A stretch of DNA of 63,915 nucleotides, filler included, from Bigelowiella natans CCMP2755 (Eukaryota; Protista; Cercozoa): the NCBI GenBank assembly GCA_000320545.1. It is 7 parts of 7 records of this genome, joined end to end, with 100 filler letters (N's around TTAATTAATTAA, not from the genome) between each part and the next. Parts side by side here need not be neighbours in the genome. Positions count along the whole stretch, not along the records: positions 24,408 to 47,114 come from ADNK01002554.1; 6 more parts are not named here. One strand, written 5' to 3'. Positions 29,283-42,939 of this stretch are shown piece by piece; within the stretch, counting starts at the first letter, position 1, and every line of letters begins with the position of its first letter. The notes beneath the pieces are model-generated. The model was not told the origin of the DNA, ran no database searches, and was given only the letters and a program-made list of their open reading frames with translations. The position numbers and the translations under genes were made by a program.

Positions 29283-30185
29283 CTAATTCACGAATTTTGC
29301 TGTGCGATTTAATTGTAAGGTAGCGGGACGGGCAAAGCAGCAAGTATCATGCCCTTATCACCTTCAAGAATTACACGCTTTATGCTACCATTCGGATTAG
29401 CATCTGAGTCAGAAAGAGGTAGATATTACTTAGCAATGGTGCGCATATTCGGAAGAGAAGCATTAAGCTTGTCGCACAGTTAATATGAGATCTATCCGAG
29501 TTAAAGAACAAAATGATGTGAAGAAGGCCAAGGACCTCTCCCTATTCGAAACAAGTGACGGTGTGCTGGATTTGGAATGTCTAATATCGAGACAGTGTCT
29601 GCTTGGAAGGGGAATAGCTGGAGAGAAAAAGATAGAGAGACAAAGAGAGAGAGAGCGCGAGAGAGAGAGAGAGAGAAGGGGGGAGGGGTTGGAGAAGGTT
29701 GGGGGGAGGGCATAAGAACGGCAACCAATGTCATAAAATGACAGTGATAATGATGAACCTTCACCGAAAACTCACAGATAACAGAAAAAGTGCCAGTGCA
29801 AGCATAGAAGCAAAGCTGCCTCACCGCTATTTTGCTCCCATTTTGTTCATATTCTCTATTTCGTCATAACGTTTTGCATTTGCTCCGGCATAGGGGGGGT
29901 GTCTCGCAGCTTGGTGCGCGCATACCTGCCACCGTTGGCCCAAAATGAGATGATTCGATATCTTCTCTGTCCGCAAATTGCTAAACATCGTAAAGCAGCC
30001 TGCAGTTCCTATAAAAAGGGCAGGGGTATTAAGGAATAGAGGCGTCATATGCACTCAGGCCTTGTTGTCGGGCCATCAACAGCACTACGATGCAATGGAA
30101 AATAGCATTCGATTTCTTCAATAGTGACAAATACATTACTTAATCCGATATACGGACTGAAGGCAAAGAAAAGGACCTGATCACA

Positions 30186-30260
<75 letters not shown>

Positions 30261-32273
30261 GGGTGAAAGTAATTCAAATGTGGAAACATGCTACGAAAAA
30301 CGACGAAGGATAGATGGGACCGGGTGAGAGGCACTTGCCAGTTGTTTGTGGAAGAAATACAAGCACTATAGTAAGGAAGGTAGAACGCAAATATGCAATG
30401 CATAGGCGAATGTGGTAAAAGCTACGATGCGCTTATATCAACCTACACTACGACTCAATGATTGTAGGTATTACAAGCGTCAGCAATGCCGTATGTCCAA
30501 AGGAAAAGGATGATGGAGATGTAGGCGAGGAGGAGGAGGAGGAAGGAGTGACGGTGGCCATCAAAGAGTCTTGTTTGCGCTGCTGCTGCTGCTGAACGTG
30601 ACTTCCTCCTATCAGTAAAGATTTGTCAGCAAGGATGGTAGTTTGGTTGATTCGATTCGAAAACTCATAAATTACACCCTCATCGTAATCATCAAGATCA
30701 CACGTATTTGTACTAGCAGCAGCGACAACATTGCAATGACACCCTCCACATCCAGAATACGTCCCGAATCAAATCTTTATATTATTCTAGAACCACCACC
30801 ACCCACCTGCATGTGAATAGGCGACGCATGGAGCGTTTCGTCGCTTGAGTGCGAAAAACCGAGAAGACGAAGACATATGCGAAGCGAACAGCCAAATCGT
30901 GGCGAAGTTGAGCACCCATCCTCTGCTAACCTCCCACCAATTCCCTGCAAACCGACCCCCGTGTTCCCCAAACCGCAGGGCAATCAGGGCCATCGAGACG
31001 TTTATCAATACATAGTGTAGCGTGCGGTCCTCCAACTACCAGACGAGAGCAATGATCAGATGTGAGCTCAAAGCTACAGCGACGATGCATCTTGCATCAC
31101 TGCGCATTTAACTCAAATTGGAGGATGGAAAGCGGGGGGAAATGAGGAAAGGGGGGGGGGGGGGTGGGAGGGGGGTTACTAGATTAGTATTGCTGCATAT
31201 CTATATATGAGTGCGAACATCAATTTAATCCAGACGTCGCCGGCACTGCTAGTTTTTTGGTCAAAAACGAATCATATAGCAATCATATACTCTGATTAGC
31301 AGCCAAGGCCAAGTGGGTATTCTTTCCGACCTTCAACTTCCATCGACGCCCCAAACCGCAGAGAGCTCCTTTGCGCTTGGTACCCACCTTCTCCGTTGTA
31401 GTGTTTGCCAGTTGAAGTGCTTCTTGCCCTAGCTGCTCATGATCTCTTTGAAGAGACTTTTTCAACGCCGTATTATCCTTATTGGTGGAGGTCCTCTCGC
31501 CGTGTTTTCTCTCCCTCGTCGCTGCAATATTCTTATCAGCTGGCCTCGCCCCTCTAACACCCTCCCTTCCGCCCCCCCCCCCATCCGCAATGGCTAGATA
31601 GAGCACCGATGTCGCGATCGAGCTAAAATCGTAGAATCCGATGGGAGAGAGGTAAAAGTGAAGGATAAAGGCCAACAACACGCCTACATAAGCGCATCGT
31701 TGGCGGCTGTTGTGATGAGGCAAACGAACGCCGAGGAAAAGTAAAATGGAGGTCCCAATCTCGAGGGCTACAATGCACCAGCTCAGGACCTAGATGAGCA
31801 TCACGATAGGAGGAATATTTCGCAATTTAGAGGCTTGCAAGGACAACAGAGCATGTTTTAAAATGAAGGATCGGTAACATGCTCTCTACTTGCTCCCACG
31901 ATGATATGATAACGACGAAAACAGCACCAACGACAGCAACAACAACCATAACAGCTGTACGCTCCTTGCTGCTACTACTACTACTACTACTACTACTACT
32001 ATAAGCAGTGCTACGGCTACTACTACCATCATCGCACTCTTTGGCACCAGGTCAAGATAGGAAACATGCAGTCCAACACGCAAGATCTGCCAGTTGAAAA
32101 TGAATATCGATATCTTTCTCACCGACAAGTCGTGCAAGGGCAAAATACGAAAATATGATGATGGGGAACGATGAAACTCAAAAACAACTTCGCGTTGTAT
32201 TTTTTTCCTAGACCGTCATCACAAACGATGTGCTAGCCCGTCGTCATCATTACCATCCTGCTATTCTTTTGCA

Positions 32274-32305
<32 letters not shown>

Positions 32306-32787
32306 TGTTATTTCCTTGTTCATAATACCACCGGCATGAACAAAACTATCATCCACACACTAGTCGATAAATGCAGGGGAAATCCAACAGTATTTCCAGA
32401 AATGCAACGAATTGCTTGATCGCCTACCTCTCCTTCTACTACTACTAGTATTAATAGTACCGAGCGTAAGAGAAATTCCCTAGCGCAACTGCTCATTGGC
32501 TGGAACAAAAACCCTGTATTGAGCTGGCAATCGATAACAAAGGTTTATAGTGTTTATTCGTTAGCTGATTCGATCGTATATTACGGAGCATACCCATCAA
32601 ACCAGAGGTGAAAGGAGGAAATTAAAAGAAATAGATAAGTTAAGGAAAGGCCGGGAGGGGAGGGGTGAATGCTGTGAGCTCTTCGTTCTGCTACTGTTTA
32701 AAATTCACCAATATATCCCAAACACCCTCTATATCGGGTGATACAGTTGCAACGTCGCATTTTCCTTACGGATATGAATATTTACAC

Positions 32788-32821
<34 letters not shown>

Positions 32822-34016
32822 GTTGAGTATTCCGAATAATACCTTATGAAATCCAGCTGCAAAGTACACCAAAGCAAGTGCTGAGACGCACACCTTTTTC
32901 AGATCGTGCAGAGATTGGCCCCTCCTTCTTCTTATTCCCACAGCTTCCAACCATATGCACACTCTGCCAGTGGTTTACCAAAGAAGTATCATAATATTGC
33001 CGCTACGAGCAAACTGACGAGCTCGCGCGATTCAGGTTGATATAGCGTGCGAAAAGAGGTAGGAACAATAACACCGATAACCGGGTATACTTCCTTCACC
33101 CACGCTATTGCATCTTGCACGCCACCATGGTTATCATGCTACTCCTCAGGTCGTTTGTCATCACATTGCTAGCCCAAACGAATGGAAGGTGCGGCAAAAC
33201 ATTTTGAAAAAAACAACAATAAATCATCATCTGCTCGATACTGCTCTTTCCCTGGCACTTACTGTGAGACTCCGAGAAGAACGTAGAGCACGTTGGTGTG
33301 ATTTGCACCGCCTGGCCATTCAGCAATTGCCGTTCCCATGGATATTCCCAGAGACGCGAACAACGCGTACGGGGACATCCCCGTCATGATTGGGAGAAAC
33401 AAGGCTACCATTGCCAGAAAGCTTTCGGCGTAGTGATGCACCTACATCCAACGCTTAAGGTCAATAGAAGCTGCGAGAGAATCTATGCTAATGGTCTATT
33501 CCGAGCAAACACAAATTACTTATCGACAAGATGTTACCTCCCATTTATCTGTGTAGTGCATCATTGATCCTGCCATTTTACGTTAAACCATATAGTAATG
33601 TCAACAGCTCATTCGAATATGTTTACTCCAAACGTGAACAATGCCGCTTGGGAAAACGCACTAAGAACTTATTGTGCTCATGCATCTTTTTTGGGGGGGT
33701 AAGGATGGGTTATGAACAAAAGAAGCAGCACTGGCGCCCCCGCTAAGATATTCTATTTGTACTTGAGTTTCTATACCATCTTAGCATGCTACACACCTAC
33801 GAGCAAGAGCAGAAAAAACGTATTGACACACTCTTCATCGCGATTGGGCTGTTTCAAATTGAAGCGTGTCGTGGAGGGCGGCGAGTCATTCTTTCTTCGC
33901 AATGCGACGTCATTGCAGTTCTGATTCTGTTTTGTTGACTTATAGGATGAAGCGCTTCCTTCCCCACTTTCAGTTTTTGGCGGCTGCACCTTACGCCTTC
34001 GGACCATCGTCGCCAT
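27770..34016 (-). CDS. Polytopic membrane protein of a bacterial-type HTTM-like family, many introns
   Basis: WPGGANHTNV, LVYFAAGFHK|LNTGFLFQPMSSCA, VALEIG, ILHFYLSPIGFYDFSSIA, GTAGCFTMFSNLRTEKISNHL and C-terminal LLQWILLFRGG...DCSW*; several hydrophobic helices. Family assignment is from recalled motifs, not a search. Confidence 0.7.
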
Positions 34017-34239
34017 TATCGTAAACCCATTCTACTACGAAGAGCGATCATCGGAAGCTTCATTATCGAGAATAAGAAATAAGATGTCCGGATATTATTC
34101 GATTATCTAAAAATACGATGTAATATTAACGATAAATTGCAAATCAGATATGTCGTAGAATAAAATTATAATGCGTTTGAAATCTTTCTCTGGTGCCGGT
34201 GGAACTGATCACGTGACAAGAAGATCAGATGACACGTGC

Positions 34240-34598
34240 CTTGCTAGCATGGCATGATCAGGGTGCAACGCTCCGAGGCGTGCGACCGAGAGAACTCGTG
34301 CTCACTGACACATTTCTTTGGAAGTGGATGTCTTGACGACAGCCGAACTCTGGGACTGTCTAGCTGTGTCCACGTCATGCCAGCATGTCACCGCAGAGCA
34401 GCACCTCGGCACACTCTGGCACTTGCGATTTCGAGGGTCGAATGCCAGCGTAGCTAGCCAGCTAGCTAGACGTGCATGAACGCAACTCTGGAACCCAGCC
34501 TAGCTAGTCAACGCATTCCGCCGTTTTTAGGTCTAGATGTGATGAAGTGATGATGGAAAATGCATGTGCGCTCTAGCTGGCACTGTCTAGCTGCCTAG
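34240..34598. other. CTAG/CATG-rich island segment preceding the orphan exon
   Basis: gctagcatggcatg, agctagccagctagctag, cctagctag, ctctagctgg..gtctagctgcctag. Confidence 0.7.
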
Positions 34599-35180
34599 AC
34601 TATCGCCTCCTGCTCCGACGACGCGACGGTGTGCATCTGGGAGATCGACACGATCAACTCCAGGAACTCCTTCGAGGTTGCGGAGCTGGATCAAATGGTC
34701 AGGCGCCGGCTCTTCCAGCGGGGAGGAGGCGGAGGAGAGAGGGGGGGCGAGCGCAGTCTCCCCCCTCCCGCCCCCCCCTCCTCCTCCTCCTCCTCCTCCT
34801 CCTCCTCCTCCATCCGCGACAACAACGAGGATGCCAAGGGGCTAGTGGCGATGGCAACCGAGAGGGAAGGGGGGGCGATGGAGGGGAAACGTAGCGGAGA
34901 CGCGAGACGACGACTTGATGGCGGTGATGGCATTGGCCAAAGCAGCAATGTACTAGCGGGCGACCGAAAAAGGAGAACTCCTTCCTCCTCCACTTCATCA
35001 TCCTCGCGCGTTAGGAGGCGGCGACCGATGCGACAGGCTCACATCCACGAGCTCTTCTCGCCGCCGCAAATGCCGTCTGCCGCAAGGAGAACGCGCAGAC
35101 AACCCACCTCGCGTTCCCCCCCGTCCCCGTCCCCGCGTGCACCCGTATCGATATCAGAAACCGACGAGCAGAAGGTTTAG
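34599..35180 (+). pseudogene. Orphan terminal exon of a Cdt2/DTL-like WD40 gene
   Basis: TIASCSDDATVCIWEID (end of a WD40 repeat), a disordered tail and a PIP-box-like QAHIHELF at 35034-35057. No upstream WD40 exons in the 580 bp before the divergent HTTM gene start. Confidence 0.6.
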
Positions 35181-35952
35181 CTCATTCTGGAGAATAGTAG
35201 TCTCCATCGTTTGCCACGCTGGAATGTGGGGGAGGGGGACGCATCGCATGCATTATCAGCCGTAGATGGCTAGATGGAGTAGTCGTTGATATTTGTCCAT
35301 CGCGCACCGTAGCATGCATTCGCAACGGCTTGCCATTTATTGTTGTGATTGTCTCCGCTACATATGCCCATAGTTGCACACACAACGATGATGATACAAT
35401 GAAAAGTATGCTAGATGCGAGTGTGCTTGGCACAAGTGCATTGCGTGCGTGTCTAGATGTGCGCTGTGCAGCTTGCATCGTGCACAAATAGACATGTTGG
35501 CTGCTAGCTACTAGACTGGCAAAGCGAGCGTGCATGCTGCTGCAGCTGTGATGGCAGCAACACAAAGAAGCAAAGGAGACTCGAGGAGCATCTACACTGG
35601 CTAGCTGGGACAAAAATTAGACCAATGGAAACAAACGCAGTAATGCACTTGTTGCAGCATGAGTCCGCAATCTAGCAATGCATGCTAGCGTGCACCTCTC
35701 GACACCATGTAAATGTGCACGATTGATTAATCACAAAATGACAGTTTGATAAACTCTGCGTCATCATTATTGGCCATTTGTTGACTGCAGCGTGTGCAGT
35801 GCACGCGTCCAGCAACTGCACAGCCATCACATCAGAGGCATCTGTCGAAGGTTGTTCCTCGCACTTCCAAAGTGTCTCATTTCCATCTGAACCCATTTGA
35901 CTGCAACAACAAGTGCAAAACATACCAGTCAACTCGGTGGCGATGCAGCATT
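35181..35952. other. Palindrome-word-rich convergent island
   Basis: Dense gcatgc, tgca, gctag words, e.g. ctagcaatgcatgctagcgtgcac near 35672-35695. Confidence 0.75.
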
Positions 35953-37515
35953 TCAAATTGCAATTACATTGCGCATACAGTATTCTCCTTTTTCACGTGT
36001 TCGGTTCTAATGAAACCCCGCTCCTCACATTTGAACACACAATCGCATCGAACAACCTTGTGTGACTTCAGAGCATCCAACCACTCCCTCAAGTCCTCTC
36101 GAGTTTGAGCCTTAATCCGCATTTCTCTGGTTGTTAACTTTCCGAATTCCTATGTAAAACCCGGGATTTCGGCTAGCAATCAAAATTCAATGAGACTAGT
36201 CACAGTACCAGGATAAAGTAATTTTCCCCGCTTTCGTAGGGGACTGTGTTCATCACTGTACTCCTTAGATCTCTGGAATGCAAAGAAATATTGTCACAAT
36301 AAGAACCTGGATTTCTAACCCTAATGTAGAAATCTACATACAGTTGGCCGTTCGCTTTGACTGACTGTTCATCTTCGAAATACTGTAATTTCTGAGAGTA
36401 TTGTGGTAGTGTGAGAGGAGGAGTAGCAGAATTGGTTTCATTCTTACCCCGTCTTCCGCGAGTCGAAAGAACCGCTTCTTGTACGCTGTATTGAAGTATC
36501 CGGTCTTTTCTAAATAGCCCTCCTTCTTTCTGTTGTCCTTCGTCCTGTTGCCGGGCTATATATTGAATTTTCGGAGACGTTATGCTAGAGTACCAGTTCA
36601 CGTCCGGAAAATACCTACCATGCTGTTTTCCACATTGACTTCAACAAAAGATGGTACTTCAGCAGCCTATCATGCGTAGGAATACTCACAGAAGCAAGGG
36701 AACAGGAAGTAGAGGGAGGCGCCGCCCAACAATAACGGAAGTACGTACCTCAACTGGAAGTCCAATAATTAAATCCTCGCCACTTCTCTTGCCCTGTGGT
36801 TCACGTTCTTATGTTTTACAATTGATTACATTCATTATAACGCTGGCAAACCTTCGGCACAACCACATACACGTTGGAGCCCTTGTACTTTGCAAGAAAT
36901 GTTTGTCCCTCTGTCACCCCCTGGAAATATAGCAAGAATTTTAGACCGTACGTCGATTGAATGCGTTACTTGGGTGCGCACGTCTGGTATAGTTGTCTTC
37001 AACATTGTGATACCTATCAGCGAAGATGAAAATATGGTTTAAGTTCAGAAATCAGTCGACGCCTCTAAGTTTATTCACGGAAGTACCAGAAGTAGAAGCT
37101 GCATGTTTCTCCGTCTGGTGTCTTAATTTTAGAAAGCCATATTGGTATGAAGAGAGGGGGAGAAGGGAGAAAAGAAATCAAGCAAACCTCCAACCGCGAA
37201 AAATACATGTGAACTGCCGTGCTAATCTTACCGCTCATCTTCGGACTTCTTACTTTCCTTCTCTTCTTTCTTTATATTTTTCGTATGAGCTCCTATTCCT
37301 TAAAGAAAACAAATTCGGTGGGGGTTTGGTGTATATAGGAAATTCTCAGTGTGACGCTAACTCAACTCACTTTCTGTAGGCAAGTCCCTCAATTCATCCA
37401 CGGCGTTCTTGGCATACTTCTCAGCCTGCTGAAAATCAATTTCACATAATTTAAAGAGAAGGGACCAGAAGTAGTGATTACCCTAGTAAGGGACTCTTTA
37501 ACAAGCTCACACACC

Positions 37516-37554
<39 letters not shown>

Positions 37555-38101
37555 CACATATATCTGACACATCCAGATTCGAAAGCTACTACCACCTTGG
37601 GAGAAGAAGAAGAAGATGTCGGCACTGATGACCCCCCTTGTACAGCTGCACATGCATAAATCGATGGAAATATGTCACCCGTCTTTGTTCTATTTTCTCG
37701 CGTTGTGCTTTTATTTCGAGAGAAAGAGGGGGGAGCGAGAAGGAGGGTGCAGAAACCACGACTACTCATCCCTAACGGCCATTAATACTCATTCCTCCCC
37801 TCCGCCCCCACCCCCAAGAGGGAACAAAAGAGGAAAAGTGTGTGTTCTCTAAGGACCCTTTGCTTCGTCAGATTCGACTGGAGAACTTTTCTCCTTATCA
37901 TCTTTGGAGGGCTGCTCTTTCTCTCCTCCTCCTCCTCCTCCTACATTTTCTTGCTTCTCTTCCTTCTCTTCTTCTTCATCCTCGGCCTGATGAAGATATA
38001 TAACAACACTGTGAGAATCGATACGCTATCATGAATTCACCTTTCACCTAATTCGTAATCATCATCATCATCATCATCATCACCATCATAATTTTAATCA
38101 C

Positions 38102-38133
<32 letters not shown>

Positions 38134-39846
38134 CCATTTACGTTACTCACTCACACCTCCTTCTGCTCCTCCCCTCCCCCCCCCCCCCTCTCCTCCTTCC
38201 ATCTTACTACCGGAGGCCATGGAGCCTCGAGATCGTCAAGAGTCGCCCAGTGCTTCTCCCAATTGATCTTCAGACCCTGTTGTTATCAGCACCCATGCAA
38301 AGCAGCGCAACGTAACGCACGATGAGAAGAGAGAATCAAGCAATTTCTATGAAAGAAAGAAGAAAAAGAAGAAGAAGAAGAAGAAGAAGAAGAAGAAGGA
38401 GGAGGAGGAGGAAAAATACGACCAAAAACATAGTGCAGATCGGAATTAAAAAAAAAAGAAAATATCGCAAAGATCTGTCACTGGTAGCACACCCTGCAAT
38501 ATGCGAATACGATGGATTGCGCGACAAGATGTGTGCGAGATATGCGTGCGTGGCGCATTATAACTGCTACTAACTACTACTAACTACTACTTCTACTACT
38601 ACTACTACCTTCTCAAAAACCTCGAAGACACGGAGCATGCGAGTGCCTATGAATGATGATGATCATGGATACCGTCAATTGATCTCGAAAGGATGTGTAT
38701 AAAAGATTGTATGGCGTGATCATCATTATTCGCCCCCGTCATCATCGTCATCTTTCATCAAACTGACGGGGAACGCCTTTTGCGAAGAACGAGTCCTTTG
38801 CCACTGTTTCCTTGACTTTCGCTGTGATCTTGGCCCCTGTGCACGCAACAACAACAACAACAACAACAACAATCACCACACACGCACAAATATACACATT
38901 CGTCATTGTAAAGAAAGTAACAACAAGAAGACAGATATCTTTGTCATAACATCGTAATATATCTTTGTCTCACCGGCCTCTAGCAGCACGATAGCGCAAG
39001 CGACGGAGTCGCACTTTTGGTATTCCCCCTACCCTTGTCCCCCCGTCCCCCTTCGTCCAAACATACACGCTACCCAGGCAGGCACCCAAACGATTAAGTG
39101 CAATATCGTTTAGGTTGCTGCCTCAACATCTGCTCACACCCTTGCCTCCTCTCCAAAACAATGGTTTTTCAACAAAATATGGAGAAAGGGAGTGGGTAGG
39201 GAGGGGAGGAGGAGAGACCCCGTCGTAGCTGAAGTTCCTGCTCACTCCGTGCTCGATGTTCCATTCCTATTGGCGATGGGGGCAATGAAGATGACGAAGA
39301 GAATGATGATGATGATGATGATGATGTTGATGATGATGATGATGATGACGAAGAAGGGTCATCATTTGCAACCAACTGTGTTTTTGCCTACAGCTGATAT
39401 GATGCTATGACTCTCTCTCTGTCTCCCTCTGTCTCTCTCTCTATCATCATCGTACCGATGGCTTCTTTGCAGGACCGCAGCCAGCGACCTAACGATGATA
39501 ATGGAATCCATCAACAGTCTGATGAGAAGGAGGAAACATGATATAATCTTCTTCTTCTTCCACATCATCATCATCATCATCGTTATCAATATTATCATCG
39601 TCATTGTTCTTATTATTACCACTACATCATCATGGTCATCATCAAGGTTGGCTCTCATCTCAAAGATGTGCAATACACACAAACAGACATACACGTCATT
39701 ACATGTCTAATTACATGTCTGAATATGTGTATGCGTGTGTTTGTATGTGTGTGTGTGTGCCTTGACGAGCGGCGTTTTCGACCATCCAAAGTCCATATTC
39801 GGGTCCACTCCACGTGCCAACACCTTATCCATTTCAATTATTTTTG

Positions 39847-39882
<36 letters not shown>

Positions 39883-40117
39883 GCATCACACACACACACA
39901 CACACATACACACACTCTACTTGTTTGAGTGAGTAGACGTCGGTCATGGTGGCAGCGCCATCGAGAACAGCTCTCAGGGGCATCCCCGTGGCCCACGGCT
40001 AAGAAGAAGCGCCATCGAGAACAGCTCTCAGGGGCATCCCCGTGGCCCACGGCTAAGAAGAATAAGACGGTGATCATGATCATGATGATGATCATGATGG
40101 TCTTACAAAGCAAAAAA

Positions 40118-40155
<38 letters not shown>

Positions 40156-40524
40156 TACACACACACACACACACATACAAACACAGTGAGAGACAGACAG
40201 ACAAAAGAAAAAAAATAAGAGAGAAAAAGTTATCGAACAACACTCCGATTTCATTATCTCCTCCTCATATCCCCCCCCCCCCCGCCCTCCCCTTCCTTGT
40301 GCCTGGCTTCCTTATTCAGATACCTTTTTGGGGCGGATAGCTTCCTCATCCGGGAACGATGAAAAGCTCTAATGAGAAGTTGAGGCACATGACGGAAGTA
40401 AGTGTGGACTGTACAATGATGGCAAGGGGGGGCGGAGAGGGGAAGAGGGGGGGGGGACTATGCAGAAGAAAGTCTCCCCAACCTTGAATTTCTTCTCAAT
40501 CGCATCGATTGCAGCCTGATCGGA

Positions 40525-40556
<32 letters not shown>

Positions 40557-40917
40557 CATGATGATATTGATGATGCAAGCATAATGACACTGTAACGCTC
40601 CGTCAAAACAAGATCCCGCCACAACCACCATCTTCGATCATGCGCACGGTGATGATGATGCTATCCTCCTTGAGTGGAGGATTCACAGCACGCATCCCCC
40701 CTTCCCCCCTCCCCACAAAACACAAAACATAAAACATAAAACATAAAACGTAAAACAAACACATACAGACACACACACACACACACACACACACACCTGG
40801 TCTGCCTTCAACTCCGAAAGCTTTACGAAGTAGCTGTTTATTTCGATTATCCCGGTAGATCCATCCCAGACAACAAATGTACCAATGTACAAATGTATTC
40901 ATTATGGAAGGTTTTAT

Positions 40918-40950
<33 letters not shown>

Positions 40951-41745
40951 GTTGTCATCGTCGTTGTCATCATTCGTTATCGTCGTCATTGTCATGTGGC
41001 CCATCCCCATCCACATTCTCATCAACAGCATACATCTCCTCATTACTCTTGGTTGTTGATGCTAACGCTCAGCATTCCAGCCTTGTTCTCTTTCACAAAG
41101 ATCTGGTGATTGTGGTAGTAAACGGAGGGGGGGGCAAAGGTAAGTGGAGGACTAAGAATAGATGGAATAGGAGGAGGAGGAGTTTACGAACAAGTATCCC
41201 ACTTTCTCTCCCTCTCCCTTGTTCCTCCTACTCTTCTACCCACATTGGTGTTGTTTGGGATATCAGAGGCAACAGCGATCTTCGGTTTGAGGGAGAAGTA
41301 ACCGTCTCCTGAGAGATAGAAAGAAAGATAGAGAGAGAGACAGAGAGAGAGACAGAGAGAGGAGTTAGCACACACAACCATGAATATGTACGCTAGAAGA
41401 GCGTAAGATTCTTCCTTCATCGAAGGAGGCCAAGGTTCGAAGGCAGCAAGCGAAAGGAAGCTGTTTCACGACATTACGAGTGCGTGCATAAATGTGTAAA
41501 TCTACAAATGTTTGCGCGGGAAAATGCCATGCCTGATTTCTCTGCTTTGAGAGCGCGTTTGGTTGCAGCTTCTTCAGCTTTCTTTGCAGCCTAATATGTT
41601 GGCGATAATGTCTAGTTTTGAAAATCGCACTTCAATAAATTACTTCCTACTAGAAACTCTGTATATGCATCGATATTTTCAGGGAAATTTCTGGCTGCTA
41701 ATTCCCCTTCAAACAAATATATGAAAGGTGCGTTGATCTCCCTCT

Positions 41746-41794
<49 letters not shown>

Positions 41795-41973
41795 CATACA
41801 CACACATACACGCACGCACATATACACATGCACACTCTTGATACATATTAATTATTTTGACGACTCATCAGGTAGTTGTTATAGTTATACGAATAATACC
41901 TTCTTGGCTTCCTCTTCGGCCTTCTTCGCCTTGATATAGCTCTTCATAGCCGCCTCGCTCGCGAAAGCTTGCC

Positions 41974-42019
<46 letters not shown>

Positions 42020-42939
42020 TATTTTATGATATTGAAGAACTCAAAATTTTGCTATGTCGCATGTGTGTGTGTGCGCGCGCGCGCGCGCGCACGCGCGTTG
42101 TTTGTTTCATGTAGGGGGCACATGGTCATTATAAAATACATTTTTTTTGAAGCGGTGACGGGCTTCTTCGAGCTATCTTCACCGTAAGTGAAAATGAAGT
42201 TCAAGACGTAAAAACCTATCGGTATCCATGATCAATGACCCATTCATTATACACCGGGGAAAATATCAAGGAAAATCGTCTCTGTCCTAGAACGAACGAA
42301 ACACTAGTTTCAGCTTCTCGAGGCAGCATTATGGTTGAATCAAGTCTTTAGCACCTTCCATTGTAATGTCGTAGGAGTAGGCTGTTTCTTCTCCCAAATC
42401 TGTCTCGTTCAACTTTACCGCATTTCCTGAAAAGGAAAAGAGAAGGGCCGCATATGAATGCAAAGAGAAACATAGAATGAACAGCTCCAGTGGTTCTTTC
42501 TATGCGTTTAGTAATCATTGCGTGATTTCTTCGGCGACTTTCTTCGTGTTTGGTGTAGATTTAATCAGCCAGAGAGATGATTAAGAGAGAACGACAGAGA
42601 AGAGACGAACGCCGTTCTTACCACTTGGGTCAGTAACATCTACTTTGGTTGTCTTGAGCGTCTCTGAATTCGGTAAAACAACAAAAAATATGCGCGTACG
42701 TATTCGCTAACACGCGCATTGCCCCCCCACTGCACGAAGGAGCGCTTACCTTCCTCCTCCTTCTGCTTATGCAACTTAACCTGATTACAGTCGGAGAAAG
42801 GAATCAACGTTGTGGCGTCATTCGAAGTTGGAATTTAAGCTGCTCGAGTGATATCACCATGCGGTTCTACCTTGAATGAGGCCTGCTTCCCGACCATTGA
42901 CGGCTCCTCACAGCCCTGAATCGTGAATTTATTTCCCAT
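35953..42939 (-). CDS. Multi-exon protein with filamin-like Ig repeat, ankyrin repeats and C-terminal PH domain
   Basis: MGNKFTIQG...KVDVTDPS|GNAVKL...YSYDITME (filamin-like); VLARGVDPNMDFGWSKTPLVK and CAIVLLEA|GAKIT (ankyrin); KKEGYLEKTGYFNT, KLQYFEDEQSVKANGQL, MRIKAQTREDLREWLDALK (PH). Not every junction was resolved. Confidence 0.65.
39954..40061. repeat. Perfect 54-bp tandem duplication spanning a splice acceptor
   Basis: agcgccatcgagaacagctctcaggggcatccccgtggcccacggctaagaaga, two copies. Confidence 0.95.
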
